Positions 11,496 through 21,776 of a stretch of 64,000 bases of DNA are shown in pieces. Numbering within the stretch: the stretch's first letter is position 1; each line of letters opens with the position of its first letter. The DNA is from a bacterium (GTDB lineage: Bacteria; SM23-31; JAUVVT01), in contig JAUWXV010000001.1 of the NCBI GenBank assembly GCA_030616165.1, positions 17,843 through 81,842 on the forward strand, in the 5' to 3' direction. Under the pieces are notes generated by a model. That model was given only the letters and a program-made list of their open reading frames with translations. It ran no database searches and had not been told where the DNA came from. The translations under genes and the position numbers were made by a program.

Positions 11496-13061
11496 TCAAA
11501 ATTTATCAGAGTTTTGTTTATCAAAATAACCCTGATTTTTAGCTTCGATTAAAATTTTTTTAGCAATTGAAGCAGCATCCTCACCGCCATACCCTCCATT
11601 CTCAACAACCACCGCAAGGGCAATTCGTGCATTATTATATGGAGCAAACGCAGTAAACCAACTGATATTTCCCATTCCCGCCTTTTCAGCGGTTCCAGTC
11701 TTTCCAGCAACCTCAAGACCAGAGATATTTACCCGAAAACCAGTTCCATTTTTCACAACATTTCTCAAAATATCTTGTAGCCTTTTCGCAGTAGATTTTT
11801 TAATTAACCTCCAACCTTTTTTATCTTTTTTATTTTTTTCGATTTTTGGATACACCAGAATCCCGTCATTTGCAATAGCGGCTGTAAAAAGTGCTACCTG
11901 CATTGGTGAAACAAGAACTCTTTGCTGACCGATAGATGCCCAGGCTAAATCAGATTCAGAAATATCTTCATACTCGGAGAAAAAACCCGTATTGATAGAA
12001 AAATCCTTTTTGAATAAATCATTAGTAGAATTCCATTTAAGTTTTTGGTTAAATCCGAATTTTTCTGCATACTTTTTAATAGTCTCTCTCCCAAGTGCAA
12101 CACCAAGTTTGGAAAAATATACATTGCTCGATTTTTCCATTGCACTCTCTAAATCCAAATATCCATGCCCTTTCCATATCTTTCCCTTTTTTTCATAAAT
12201 TCTCTTTTCAATGTCAAATATTCTTCTTTTCGTTCCAGATGGTAGATAGCCCTCTGGTGCACAGTAAAACCTTCTATTAAAATTATTTTCAATTGCAGCA
12301 GCGGCAGTTACAATTTTAAAAACCGATCCGGGGGGATATCTACCCTTCAAAGCCCTGTTAAACATTGGTGCTTCTTCTGAATTATTAATTATGCTCATCC
12401 AGGTCTGCTCATCGGAAATGTCATTCGTCGGAAAACCCGGAGAACTCACGAGACACAGCACTTCCCCGGTTTTTGGAATCAAAACAACAGCAGCCCCGCA
12501 CCTTTCTCCAAAAGAAGAATATGCCTCATGCTGAAGTTTACTATCTATTGTCAGATGGAGATCTTTTCCCTTTTGCTTTTTCATTGAAAAGTAGTTTAAA
12601 AAATTAAATTCTTTACCAACCAAAAAATCGTGATAACACCTTTCTATTCCTGCACCACCCCTCTCAATATCCCAATATCCAACAAGATGTGATGCCGCCT
12701 TACCTAATGGATATATTCTTTTCTTCTGATTATTAATCCTGATGCTTAATGCCAAATTTTCCCCCCCTGTTCTATCTAAAATTTTTCCCATTTCTACTCT
12801 TTCATCCTTGAGCCATTCCCTTCTGTCAAAAAGCCTGATGCTCTGATTCATCCTCTCGTCCTTGCAAAACAACTGCCACTTTGATTGATATATCAGAACG
12901 GATAAAAATAAAAGGAAAAAAAACAATGCGGTCGAAAAAAATATAATTCCTGATTTTACCTCTCTTGTTATATGTCTTGCAGTTGCAATTAAAATATTTA
13001 TACTTGCCACCGTCAATCCAAAAATATAAATGAATTTCAAAAATATGTATAATATCTTCAT
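11496..13061 (-). CDS. class B penicillin-binding protein (PBP2-type transpeptidase)
   Basis: N-terminal TM anchor. SxxK (GSVFK), SxN (KSSNVYF) and KTG(T) (AGKTGTAE) transpeptidase motifs. Confidence 0.85.
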   Translation of the reverse strand: MKILYIFLKFIYIFGLTVASINILIATARHITREVKSGIIFFSTALFFFLLFLSVLIYQSKWQLFCKDERMNQSIRLFDRREWLKDERVEMGKILDRTGGENLALSIRINNQKKRIYPLGKAASHLVGYWDIERGGAGIERCYHDFLVGKEFNFLNYFSMKKQKGKDLHLTIDSKLQHEAYSSFGERCGAAVVLIPKTGEVLCLVSSPGFPTNDISDEQTWMSIINNSEEAPMFNRALKGRYPPGSVFKIVTAAAAIENNFNRRFYCAPEGYLPSGTKRRIFDIEKRIYEKKGKIWKGHGYLDLESAMEKSSNVYFSKLGVALGRETIKKYAEKFGFNQKLKWNSTNDLFKKDFSINTGFFSEYEDISESDLAWASIGQQRVLVSPMQVALFTAAIANDGILVYPKIEKNKKDKKGWRLIKKSTAKRLQDILRNVVKNGTGFRVNISGLEVAGKTGTAEKAGMGNISWFTAFAPYNNARIALAVVVENGGYGGEDAASIAKKILIEAKNQGYFDKQNSDKF

Positions 13062-13143
13062 AAATCTCGCAAATTTTTATTTTCTATTTAAAATTTTTGT
13101 ATTGCAACTTTTTTGTAAAAAAAGTTGCGTAAAAAACTTTAAA

Positions 13144-13845
13144 CTATATTTCCATTAATTCCAGCACTACAGTTCTTTTTCTGCCGAGATATATCTTATC
13201 ACCTGGAATAATATAAACACCATTTTTTACAGGAATTAAGTCATCATTTAAATACGTTCCGTTTTTGCTTTTGCAGTCCGAAATCTTTATATCACCAGAA
13301 GAAGATAAAACCAAGTTTGCATGACATGCAGAAACATACGGATTATCAATGTGAATGTATGCCTCCATTTTTCTACCAATTTCATATTCCCCGGGTCCAT
13401 CAATTATCCACATTTTACCTTCCTCATTAAGAAGTTTTAAATAATAACTTTTTTCTTTAATTATTGTGTCTTCCTCATTTGAAGAAAAGCAGAGTAACTT
13501 AATTTCATAATCTTTCAAGTATGACAAAGGATAAAAATCTATTATAATTTTCTCATTTCTTAACCGACAGCCAAGAAATAAAAAATATTCTTCAATTTCC
13601 TTCTTTAAGCAAAATATCAGTATTTCTTTTTTCTTTTCTATCTTTCTATATGTTTTTTGACTCACACAAATCAAGAACCTATAAGGAACAGATTTAATAT
13701 CTTTTCTGTTGTTAACAAAAAAACTATTTATTTTTTCTACAATATGAAAGTATAATCTATCCTTATGGTCTGATGGAATCAAACACCAGAACGGAAAAGT
13801 CACTAAATTTTTAATTTTTTTATTTAAATTTGTTGTAATTCCCAT
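13144..13845 (-). CDS. FHA-domain protein
   Basis: C-terminal FHA signature EYEIGRKMEAYIHIDNPYVSACHANLV...KSKNGTYLND...IPGDKIYLG. Confidence 0.7.
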   Translation of the reverse strand: MGITTNLNKKIKNLVTFPFWCLIPSDHKDRLYFHIVEKINSFFVNNRKDIKSVPYRFLICVSQKTYRKIEKKKEILIFCLKKEIEEYFLFLGCRLRNEKIIIDFYPLSYLKDYEIKLLCFSSNEEDTIIKEKSYYLKLLNEEGKMWIIDGPGEYEIGRKMEAYIHIDNPYVSACHANLVLSSSGDIKISDCKSKNGTYLNDDLIPVKNGVYIIPGDKIYLGRKRTVVLELMEI

Positions 13846-13877
13846 CCTTACTTAAAAACCAGTTTTTTCAAAATTTA

Positions 13878-13990
13878 ACCACAGAGAACACCCACAGGGC
13901 AGGCAGAGTCCGACTGTGGCGGAAATATCAATGAGTTAAGGGAAATACTATTCTCTCCTCTCTGCCTGCCCTGTGGGTGGTCTCTGTGGT
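13878..13990. repeat. long near-perfect inverted repeat (about 32-bp arms, about 48-nt loop)
   Basis: aaccacagagaacacccacagggcaggcagag ... ctctgcctgccctgtgggtggtctctgtggtt. Located between the two FHA genes. Confidence 0.6.
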
Positions 13991-14028
13991 TTCATATTTT
14001 ATCCTCGTTTTTCATAGAACTTTTGACA

Positions 14029-14916
14029 CTACCTAAAAACCAATAATTTTAATTCGAAAGTATAATCTCCCATTTTAATCTGGTCTTTAATAAAAATTTC
14101 TCTTTTCTTTCCGAGTTCCAGCTTTTCTTCATTCAAATATGTACCATTAATCCCAAGGGGCATGACAAATATCTTGTCATTTTCCATGATTAATTCAATA
14201 TGCCTTCGAGAAATTTTATGGTCGGTGCTTTTAAGACAAATATCACATCTTTCACTTCTCCCAACAGTATAAACTCCATCCTCGAGGTCAATGTATTTTT
14301 CTTCATCATTATAAGAAATTTTCAAGATGTAAATCCTATTCTTGTCTTTATCAAAAGAGGTCTTGTTCTCTTGTATTATCTTTATTGCATCATCTGATAT
14401 CAGCGGCAAAAACTTCCTTTCCGCGTTCAACAAAGGATTATTATCATTTTCCAGGTCAAATTTGTCCTCGATTAATGTCTGCTGTAATGAACTAACTCTC
14501 TCCGAAAATTTATTTTCTCCCGTTTTTAAGATACTTCTGTCCAGTGAACATTCAATATAAAATTCTCCCGGCTTTAAATCGTCATCTGATTGGATTTCTA
14601 CATAAAAATGTTCTATATTACGATTATTCCATTCCTTAGAAAGATTGTATAATTCTTCTTCAAGTTCACTTTTCAGTATGTCTTCGATATCACGGCGCAT
14701 ATTTCTATCAAACTGGCTGAAAAATATCTCGAATCTATTCGGTATAACTACTTTTTTACCAATTTCATCGATGTTTTCTTCTATTGCACATTTTAGTTTT
14801 TGGGAAATCTTTGAAAATGGTATTTTTCTGCTTTTAGAAAATCCACTTTTATCGAAATTGGATAAATTAAGCAAAAAACTTTTGAATGCTTCAAAAAAAT
14901 TATTTAATGTCATCAT
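14029..14916 (-). CDS. FHA-domain protein (N-terminal uncharacterised domain plus C-terminal FHA)
   Basis: YTVGRSERCDICLKSTDHKISRRHIELI...LGINGTYLNEEKL...IKMGDYTFELK. Confidence 0.75.
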   Translation of the reverse strand: MMTLNNFFEAFKSFLLNLSNFDKSGFSKSRKIPFSKISQKLKCAIEENIDEIGKKVVIPNRFEIFFSQFDRNMRRDIEDILKSELEEELYNLSKEWNNRNIEHFYVEIQSDDDLKPGEFYIECSLDRSILKTGENKFSERVSSLQQTLIEDKFDLENDNNPLLNAERKFLPLISDDAIKIIQENKTSFDKDKNRIYILKISYNDEEKYIDLEDGVYTVGRSERCDICLKSTDHKISRRHIELIMENDKIFVMPLGINGTYLNEEKLELGKKREIFIKDQIKMGDYTFELKLLVFR

Positions 14917-14945
14917 AATTTCTCCAGGTTGTTTTTTTATAAATA

Positions 14946-15149
14946 TTATTGATTTTTTCTCATTTTTTCTTCAATTATCCTCTTGATTTCAGCAACATTT
15001 TCATCATTAAAAACCCTCCATCCCCTCCAATCCTTTTTTACTTTAGAAATCTTTCCCTCTTTTTCCCATGTAAATAGAGTCTTTTTGGTAACATCAAACA
15101 TTTTACAGATTTCGTGAGCAGTGTATTTCTTCTTATGTGCTTTTTCCAT
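14946..15149 (-). CDS. small MerR/excisionase-type HTH DNA-binding protein
   Basis: HEICKMFDVTKKTLFTWEKEGKI helix-turn-helix. Start chosen at internal ATG 15149, which is preceded by an AAGGAG RBS. The longer ORF-track N-terminus is AT-rich junk. Confidence 0.5.
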   Translation of the reverse strand: MEKAHKKKYTAHEICKMFDVTKKTLFTWEKEGKISKVKKDWRGWRVFNDENVAEIKRIIEEKMRKNQ

Positions 15150-15565
15150 TGATAAACTCCTTATATATAATAAAAATAATATAATAACTATAATTTCTAT
15201 AATTACTATAGTAAATATAATAATTAATTTTCTGTTTGTCAAGGAAAAAATTAATTTTTTGTAAATTTTTTTAATTTAGTTTAATTTTACATTATGGCAG
15301 GAGATATTCACAGAATTTTTATTGTAATATGTAGGGGCGGTTCTCGAACCGCCCTTATAAAAATTATATTATAATATTGTTTTGCTAATCATGGATTTGC
15401 TCACCAATTTTTTGGATTTTCCTTACCCGATTCCCATTCTAATGGACTATTAATGGGGCATTCGCGAATTAGGTGTAAGGACGAAGCATTTAACTAAATA
15501 GTTTTCAAAAAATTTACAGCATAGACAAAAAAATGCTTCGCCCTTACTGATTTTGGTTTCATTTA

Positions 15566-17005
15566 TTAGATATGGACAACCTTTATCCCTGCGAGCTCGC
15601 AGTATGCTTTGAATGGAATCTCCAGGTCGCTGTAAATAAAGAGCTGGTGGAATCCCTTCGTGTCACGGACATCAGGGACACCGTCCACCTCAATCTCCAT
15701 GGATGTACGGCAGCCACCTGCAGGTGGAGTATCGATATTGCGAAGTACCCGACCTGTGCCGAGAAGTATGGAATCTGGTCTGGTGAACTGCATTATTGTA
15801 ATCTTTTGGCCAACGCGCCAGAGAACCTGTGGTGAGACTCCGAGTTCAGACTCATTATGGTTGCGGAGGATGAAGGGCTCGTGGGACCTGTTAAAACCGT
15901 CGAGTCTGGTGGGGCTGGTGCAATGGGCAGCCATCAGTGTATTATTGACTGTGTTAGGCGCGGGATCTTGCATGAAGCCTGGTCGGTCGAAGAGAAGGCT
16001 CGTGAGACGCTGGGATATGGTGTGGTTCACGCTGGCTTCGCAGGTCCCGACATAGCCTTCGTCGAGGAGCCGTAGCAAGGCTATGCAGGGTGGACACGGG
16101 ATCTGGCGGTCACCAACCAAACCCAGGCAGTCCATTGAGATGCCATGGCAGTTCTCGGCTTCCATGATTCTGCGGGAAACAATGTAATTCTTCGCTGCAT
16201 TTATCCTGTCACCTCTGTTCGGCTCAACGATCCTCTCACTCCTGGATTCGTAGTAGTCGGCGATTGCTCGAATCTCTTCGGTTGTCTCCGTCTTTTTGAA
16301 TTCCTCTGAAAAGCGGTTGCGGGGGATATAGTGAATCGTCGTGCCGATGGTATCGAGCTGCCGGTCATAAGTCTTATTGCCTCGCATGATGCATATGCGG
16401 GTGTGTTTCATCTGCCATATGGTATTGAGCATCCGCATAGCGAAGTTGAGCCAGCTGACATCCTGAGTGGCACCAACCGTGACACCTGTGATATTTCGGG
16501 TTCCCTGGAGGTGTTGGGTAAAGGAAGTTCCCATCTGGCTGAACACAACCATCGGGATTTCTCCATGGTTCTCGGCAATGTGATTAATGTTACCCCAGGC
16601 TGGGTCGTTGAGGCTCATTGAGACAATCACGATGCCGTCTGGCGGAGCCTTCTCGAGGCTCTCGAGGAATGCGCTGATGGTATTGGAATCATGCAGTGGC
16701 GCCTCGATTATCTCAAGGTCAATTCCAAACTTCTTGGCAGCATCTGTCAGCACCTTCGTATACTGAACCTGGTGACCTTTAATGTCGAAGGAGGCTCCCG
16801 GCCAGCCCATCCAGTATTTCTCGACATCTGGACGAACAAATGCTGCCCGAACCAGAGGCTTCCTCGATGTCTTGACTTGCACAGCTGAGTTCGGCGCGTC
16901 GAAATCGACAAATCCTCTATCCAAATTTATCTTTGGCAGTACTGCAGCTGCACTTACACCAGCAGTAAACTTCTTTAAAACTTCTCTCCTTGTTATTTTC
17001 TTCAT
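15566..17005 (-). CDS. Tat-signal secreted protein of unknown function, on a GC-rich island
   Basis: MKKITRREVLKKFTAGVSAAAVL twin-arginine signal. The body is about 50% GC against about 33% in the surroundings. Flanked by palindromic repeats. Confidence 0.5.
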   Translation of the reverse strand: MKKITRREVLKKFTAGVSAAAVLPKINLDRGFVDFDAPNSAVQVKTSRKPLVRAAFVRPDVEKYWMGWPGASFDIKGHQVQYTKVLTDAAKKFGIDLEIIEAPLHDSNTISAFLESLEKAPPDGIVIVSMSLNDPAWGNINHIAENHGEIPMVVFSQMGTSFTQHLQGTRNITGVTVGATQDVSWLNFAMRMLNTIWQMKHTRICIMRGNKTYDRQLDTIGTTIHYIPRNRFSEEFKKTETTEEIRAIADYYESRSERIVEPNRGDRINAAKNYIVSRRIMEAENCHGISMDCLGLVGDRQIPCPPCIALLRLLDEGYVGTCEASVNHTISQRLTSLLFDRPGFMQDPAPNTVNNTLMAAHCTSPTRLDGFNRSHEPFILRNHNESELGVSPQVLWRVGQKITIMQFTRPDSILLGTGRVLRNIDTPPAGGCRTSMEIEVDGVPDVRDTKGFHQLFIYSDLEIPFKAYCELAGIKVVHI

Positions 17006-17148
17006 TTTAATTTTCCTTTCTATACTTTTATGAAATTATATTTTCTAACCTGAATAATTCATAAAATTCTTTATTTTATTAGGCATATTTTTGATATTAT
17101 TAAAATTGCTATAGAATTACCTTAAAACAATGTTGAGTGTCGCTACTA

Positions 17149-17260
17149 TTGTCATCCTTAACCCTGTGCTGAACTTGATTCAGTATTGTTTCAGGATCTA
17201 ATATTAAATCTGAAGATAGATTCCGAAGATCCTGAACATGTTTCAGGATCGGAATGACAG
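17149..17260. repeat. MITE-like element with TGTCAT terminal inverted repeats
   Basis: ttgtcatcc...ggaatgaca ends. The internal 30-bp core cctgtgctgaacttgattcagtatt.tttcag is also present at 11347-11378. Confidence 0.5.
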
Positions 17261-17481
17261 TCGGTGTTTCGGAATGATAAAAACAGGATTTACGAATAAA
17301 TCAGGCTAATTAATAGAAATATTTTTTACAAGGTTATGTTAAAATATAAAAAAAATATTACAATTTTCAAAAATATTTTCTAAAATTAAAAAATATTTTT
17401 CTCTTGACAAAGATTTTAAAAAAGGGTAAATTCCTAACACATTGAAAGTATTTTATTTATGGTTAAACAATTAAAGATAAA

Positions 17482-19044
17482 TTGAAAAAGGTAATTTTTA
17501 CAATTTTTTTATTTATAATAATTATCATCCCTATTAACGGGCAATACGTCAATCTACCAATTGACCATTGGGCATACCTTTTTCTTGATAGACTTGAAAC
17601 AAAAGGTTTTATTGATAATCTCTATTACCGTTCAAAACCTTTTACTAGAAGCGAGTTTTCTGAGATAATAATTCAAATTTCTAAGAAAATAGAAAGTGGT
17701 ATGATTCCACTTTCAGAAACAGATATGGCTCTTTTTGAAAAACTGAAAGGGGAATTCTTTGATGAGTTAAAAAATAAAAATATTGATATAAACTCCAAAG
17801 AAAGAGAACCGCACCTGTTTAGTTGGGGCGAAAAAAAGAGCATGTTGCATTATGACGGATATTTAATAGAAGATGCAAAGTATCTTCCTCAAAATGAAAA
17901 TTCCAATTATTCTTCAAGATTTACATTGGGTTCAATTATTAGAGGTGTAGTTGAGGATAAGATACACTTTTATCTTGACTTTAGAAACACCCTGATAAAA
18001 GGTGAAAAGGATTTGGAAAAAAATTACGACCCTTCGATGGGACCTCCCATTACTGTTGCTGGAAGAAACATTTACAGTGATCAGGCAACTGCATATTTTG
18101 TTTATAAATTTTCGTGGTGTGAATTCTCTGTGGGAAGGGACAATTTTAACTGGGGACCGGGATATCGGGGAAGTCTGGCACTTTCTAAAAACAGTGAAGT
18201 CATCGACATGTTCAGGATAAAAGTTGAATACAAACGATTTAAATTCATTGGGATGTCAGGTTTTTTGAATTCCGGATTGGGTAAAAAAAACATAGCCGCT
18301 CACAGAATAGAGGTCAGAATATTACCAAATTTAATACTTGGTGGAAATGAAACTGTTATTTATGGCAAAAGGGGACTTGAACTTATATATGTCAATCCCA
18401 TTATGCCGTATCATATAGCAGAACATTATCAGCAGGATAAAGATAATAATACTATGGGATTTGACCTCATCTATCTTCCTTTTAATAATATCAAGTTTTA
18501 CTCTGAACTTTTCATCGATGATTTTAACTCATCAAAAAATCCTTTTAAATACTACGGTAATAAATTTGCATTTCTTACAGGATTACATTGGACTGACCCG
18601 TTAAAAATAAAAGATACAGATTTCAGAGCAGAATACACAAGGATTGAACCTTATGTTTATACCCATACATATCCCATAAACATATACACCAACTACGACC
18701 GAATTATTGGACACTGGCTGGGTCCCAATTCAGATAACCTTTTCACAGAGTTCGCATACCAGTATAACCGGTATTTCAGAATTACAGCATCATTCGAACA
18801 GTTCAGAAGGGGGGAGGGAGATGTTAATACACCACATAAGGACGAAGACGGAGAAGAAAAGCATTTTCTCAATGGAATTGTTGAAAACAAAAAATCTTTC
18901 CGCTTGGGATTTTCTTATGAAATCAAAAGGGATGTCTATATTTCTCTCGATTATAAAATCACCCAGACAAAAAATACTGATAGAATCCTAAATAAAAATA
19001 ATAGAAATAATGAATTATATTTTATTTTCTGGATTAATAGATAA
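17482..19044 (+). CDS. putative outer-membrane beta-barrel protein (possibly Wzi-like)
   Basis: Signal peptide, followed by amphipathic beta-strand patterning throughout. The family assignment is tentative. Confidence 0.4.
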   Translation: MKKVIFTIFLFIIIIIPINGQYVNLPIDHWAYLFLDRLETKGFIDNLYYRSKPFTRSEFSEIIIQISKKIESGMIPLSETDMALFEKLKGEFFDELKNKNIDINSKEREPHLFSWGEKKSMLHYDGYLIEDAKYLPQNENSNYSSRFTLGSIIRGVVEDKIHFYLDFRNTLIKGEKDLEKNYDPSMGPPITVAGRNIYSDQATAYFVYKFSWCEFSVGRDNFNWGPGYRGSLALSKNSEVIDMFRIKVEYKRFKFIGMSGFLNSGLGKKNIAAHRIEVRILPNLILGGNETVIYGKRGLELIYVNPIMPYHIAEHYQQDKDNNTMGFDLIYLPFNNIKFYSELFIDDFNSSKNPFKYYGNKFAFLTGLHWTDPLKIKDTDFRAEYTRIEPYVYTHTYPINIYTNYDRIIGHWLGPNSDNLFTEFAYQYNRYFRITASFEQFRRGEGDVNTPHKDEDGEEKHFLNGIVENKKSFRLGFSYEIKRDVYISLDYKITQTKNTDRILNKNNRNNELYFIFWINR

Positions 19045-19300
19045 ATTATTGTTTTCTTTGAGAAATTATAAGACAGATAGTTTGTCAAGCGAATTTAAAT
19101 AAAGTTTTTGTTTTTGAAAAATGTAATTTTCATTATCAGATTCATCAGTAATATCCAAAACACAATGCCATTCAGTATTGAACGTGATTATAAATTCATC
19201 CTTTATTTTCTTTTTTTAGTGCATAAATTTTTTTTATTATTTTCAATTACAGACCTATTTTAAAATAAACTTTTTAAAAATTTGATTAAGAGGTTTTAAG

Positions 19301-21709
19301 ATGAAAAGAATAGTATTGTTATTCATTAATGTCTTATTTAGTATTCATTTTATAGTATTTCAGGTTTCTTTATTTGCAAGTGATGAATTTGCTACTGCTC
19401 TGCAAACTGACGAGTTGGAGATTCTGCAAGACACGAAACCTTTAACCTGGGAGGGTGACCTGTCGAAAAGAATGATGGACGGCGCCCATCGGTATATTGA
19501 GCGGAAAATCGACGAGTCAGTTACAGTCCGCCAGAAATACTGGAAGCGGGATCTCTCGTCACGAACTGCATATGAAAAATCCATCGAGCCGAACCGCAAG
19601 CGCTTCATGAAATGCATCGGTTTAGTGGGCGAGCGCGTGCCGGTTGTGATGCAGCGTCTTTGTGAAGATGCTAACCCAGAACTGGTTGCCGATACGGATA
19701 AATATAGCGTGTATCAGGTTCGCTGGTCGGTGCTGGATGGAGTGTTTGGCGAGGGGCTTTTGCTCGAGCCGAAGGTCAAGCCTACTGCTTATGTCGTGGC
19801 AGTTCCCGACGCGGGTCAGACTCCCGAACAAATTGTCGGCTTGGCAAGCGGCGTACCGAAAGAAGCACAGTATGCACGCCGCCTTGCCGAAAACGGCTTC
19901 CAGGTCGTGGTGCCGGTGATTATCAGCAGGTCTTCGGATTTTTCCGGGCACCAGGACCAGACACACCGTGAATGGATTTATCGCCAGGCGTTTCATATGG
20001 GCCGGCACATTATCGGCTACGAAATGCAGAAGGTGCTTGCAGTTGTGGACTGGTTCAAGAAAATAGCCGGAGAGGAGGCGAAGATAGGTGTTGTCGGATA
20101 CGGTGAGGGAGGATTGATAGCGTTTTATGCCGCGGCAGTGGACACACGGATAGATGCAGCACTGGTCAGCGGTTATTTCCAATCGCGTCAGGGTGTGTGG
20201 AATGAGCCGATATACCGTAATGTGTGGGCGCTGCTGCATGAGTTTGGAGATGCCGAAATCGCCACTCTGATTGCTCCACGTCCATTAGTAGTTGAATACA
20301 GCAGAGTGCCAGAGGTTGACGACTATGCAGAGAGGTTGCGGAGGAACCCTTATGTCACGAGTGGTTTTACTGTCGACGGGTATAAGGGCCAACTGCGCAC
20401 TCCGTCGTTTGAATCTGTCAGGGAGGAATTCAACCGAATTGACATACTGACGAAGCCGTCTTTTCAGCCGAAGAGCCTAATCAGCGGCAAGAACGGCTCT
20501 ACTGTGGCCCCCGGCTCGGTACAAGCGATGCGGGAATTTGCCCAATTGTTTGGAGTCCGATCGTCTATGACGCTGTCAATCGACCTGCCCATTGATCGCC
20601 GCAAGTCGCTCGATTCTGCCGAATTGCAACACCGGCAGCTCAAAGAGCTTGAATACCATGTGCAGCGGCTGATTCGCGATGCAGATTATGTCCGTGACCA
20701 ATTCTTCATGTACAAGGTGATGCCCGAATTTGCAAAAAAGAGGTGGAGCACCGCACAGCGACACGAGACATATCCATCGCAGAAGTTCATAGAAGGAACA
20801 AAGGAGTACCGTCAATACTTCTGGGAGGAAGTGATAGGTAAGTTCGATGAGCCAATGCTTCCGATGAATCCGCGAGCAAGGAAAATTTATGACGAACCGA
20901 AATGGGCAGGCTACGAAGTGGTGCTGGACGTGTTTCCGGATGTGTTTGCCTGGGGCATCCTGCTGGTTCCGAAAGACCTGAAAGCCGGTGAGAAGCGACC
21001 ATTGGTGGTATACCAGCACGGACGCAATGGTCTGCCCAGGAACTCCATCAAGGGAGGGCGGGAAGTTGCAGCGAAACTGGCTGACCGAGGATTTATCACC
21101 TTTTCACCGCACAACCTTTACCGTGGTGAGGATCGGTATCGCTTTCTTGACCGCAAGGCTAATGGAGTTAAGGCATCATTGTTTTCTTTCATCCTCGCTC
21201 AACACGAGCAGATTCTAAACTGGCTTGAAAAACTGCCGTTTGTGGATAGTAAGCGAGTAGGATTCTACGGGATTAGCTATGGGGGTGAGACGGCGGTGCG
21301 TGTGCCGCCGTTGCTTGAGCGATATTGTCTGTCAATCTGCTCAGCCGACTTTAACGACTGGGCGCGCAAGGTTGCCAGCACTCACCCTCAAGGCAGATAC
21401 AGTTTTATGTACACTATTGAATGGGAGATGCCGTACTTTGACATGGGCAGTACGTTCAACTATGCAGAGTTGGCATACCTGATGGTGCCGCGTCCGTTCA
21501 TGGTCGAGCGTGGCCACCACGACACTGTTGCACCTGATGAGTGGGTTGCTTATGAGTATGCAAAAGTGCGCTGGCTGTATGCACAACTGGGGCTTGCTGA
21601 TAAAACAGAAATAGAATACTTTAACGGCGGACACGCCATTAACTTCAGCGGTACATTCAAGTTTCTGCACAAACACCTGAACTGGCCGGAGCCTGCGGGG
21701 CAAGAATAA
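19301..21709 (+). CDS. secreted alpha/beta-hydrolase family protein (tandem hydrolase folds; esterase/peptidase-like)
   Basis: Signal peptide. GxSxG nucleophile elbows (VVGYGEGG and GISYGGE). GC-rich body. Confidence 0.5.
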   Translation: MKRIVLLFINVLFSIHFIVFQVSLFASDEFATALQTDELEILQDTKPLTWEGDLSKRMMDGAHRYIERKIDESVTVRQKYWKRDLSSRTAYEKSIEPNRKRFMKCIGLVGERVPVVMQRLCEDANPELVADTDKYSVYQVRWSVLDGVFGEGLLLEPKVKPTAYVVAVPDAGQTPEQIVGLASGVPKEAQYARRLAENGFQVVVPVIISRSSDFSGHQDQTHREWIYRQAFHMGRHIIGYEMQKVLAVVDWFKKIAGEEAKIGVVGYGEGGLIAFYAAAVDTRIDAALVSGYFQSRQGVWNEPIYRNVWALLHEFGDAEIATLIAPRPLVVEYSRVPEVDDYAERLRRNPYVTSGFTVDGYKGQLRTPSFESVREEFNRIDILTKPSFQPKSLISGKNGSTVAPGSVQAMREFAQLFGVRSSMTLSIDLPIDRRKSLDSAELQHRQLKELEYHVQRLIRDADYVRDQFFMYKVMPEFAKKRWSTAQRHETYPSQKFIEGTKEYRQYFWEEVIGKFDEPMLPMNPRARKIYDEPKWAGYEVVLDVFPDVFAWGILLVPKDLKAGEKRPLVVYQHGRNGLPRNSIKGGREVAAKLADRGFITFSPHNLYRGEDRYRFLDRKANGVKASLFSFILAQHEQILNWLEKLPFVDSKRVGFYGISYGGETAVRVPPLLERYCLSICSADFNDWARKVASTHPQGRYSFMYTIEWEMPYFDMGSTFNYAELAYLMVPRPFMVERGHHDTVAPDEWVAYEYAKVRWLYAQLGLADKTEIEYFNGGHAINFSGTFKFLHKHLNWPEPAGQE

Positions 21710-21776
21710 GAGGAAAAGGTATTTTTGATAAAATAATTTCACATTATCTCAATAGAACTACAATATTCTCTACATA

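Noticed and set aside
6698-15242. Looked for a PP2C Ser/Thr phosphatase partner inside the FHA/kinase cluster
   Set aside because: None of the ORFs carries PP2C metal-binding motifs; the phosphatase, if any, is encoded elsewhere
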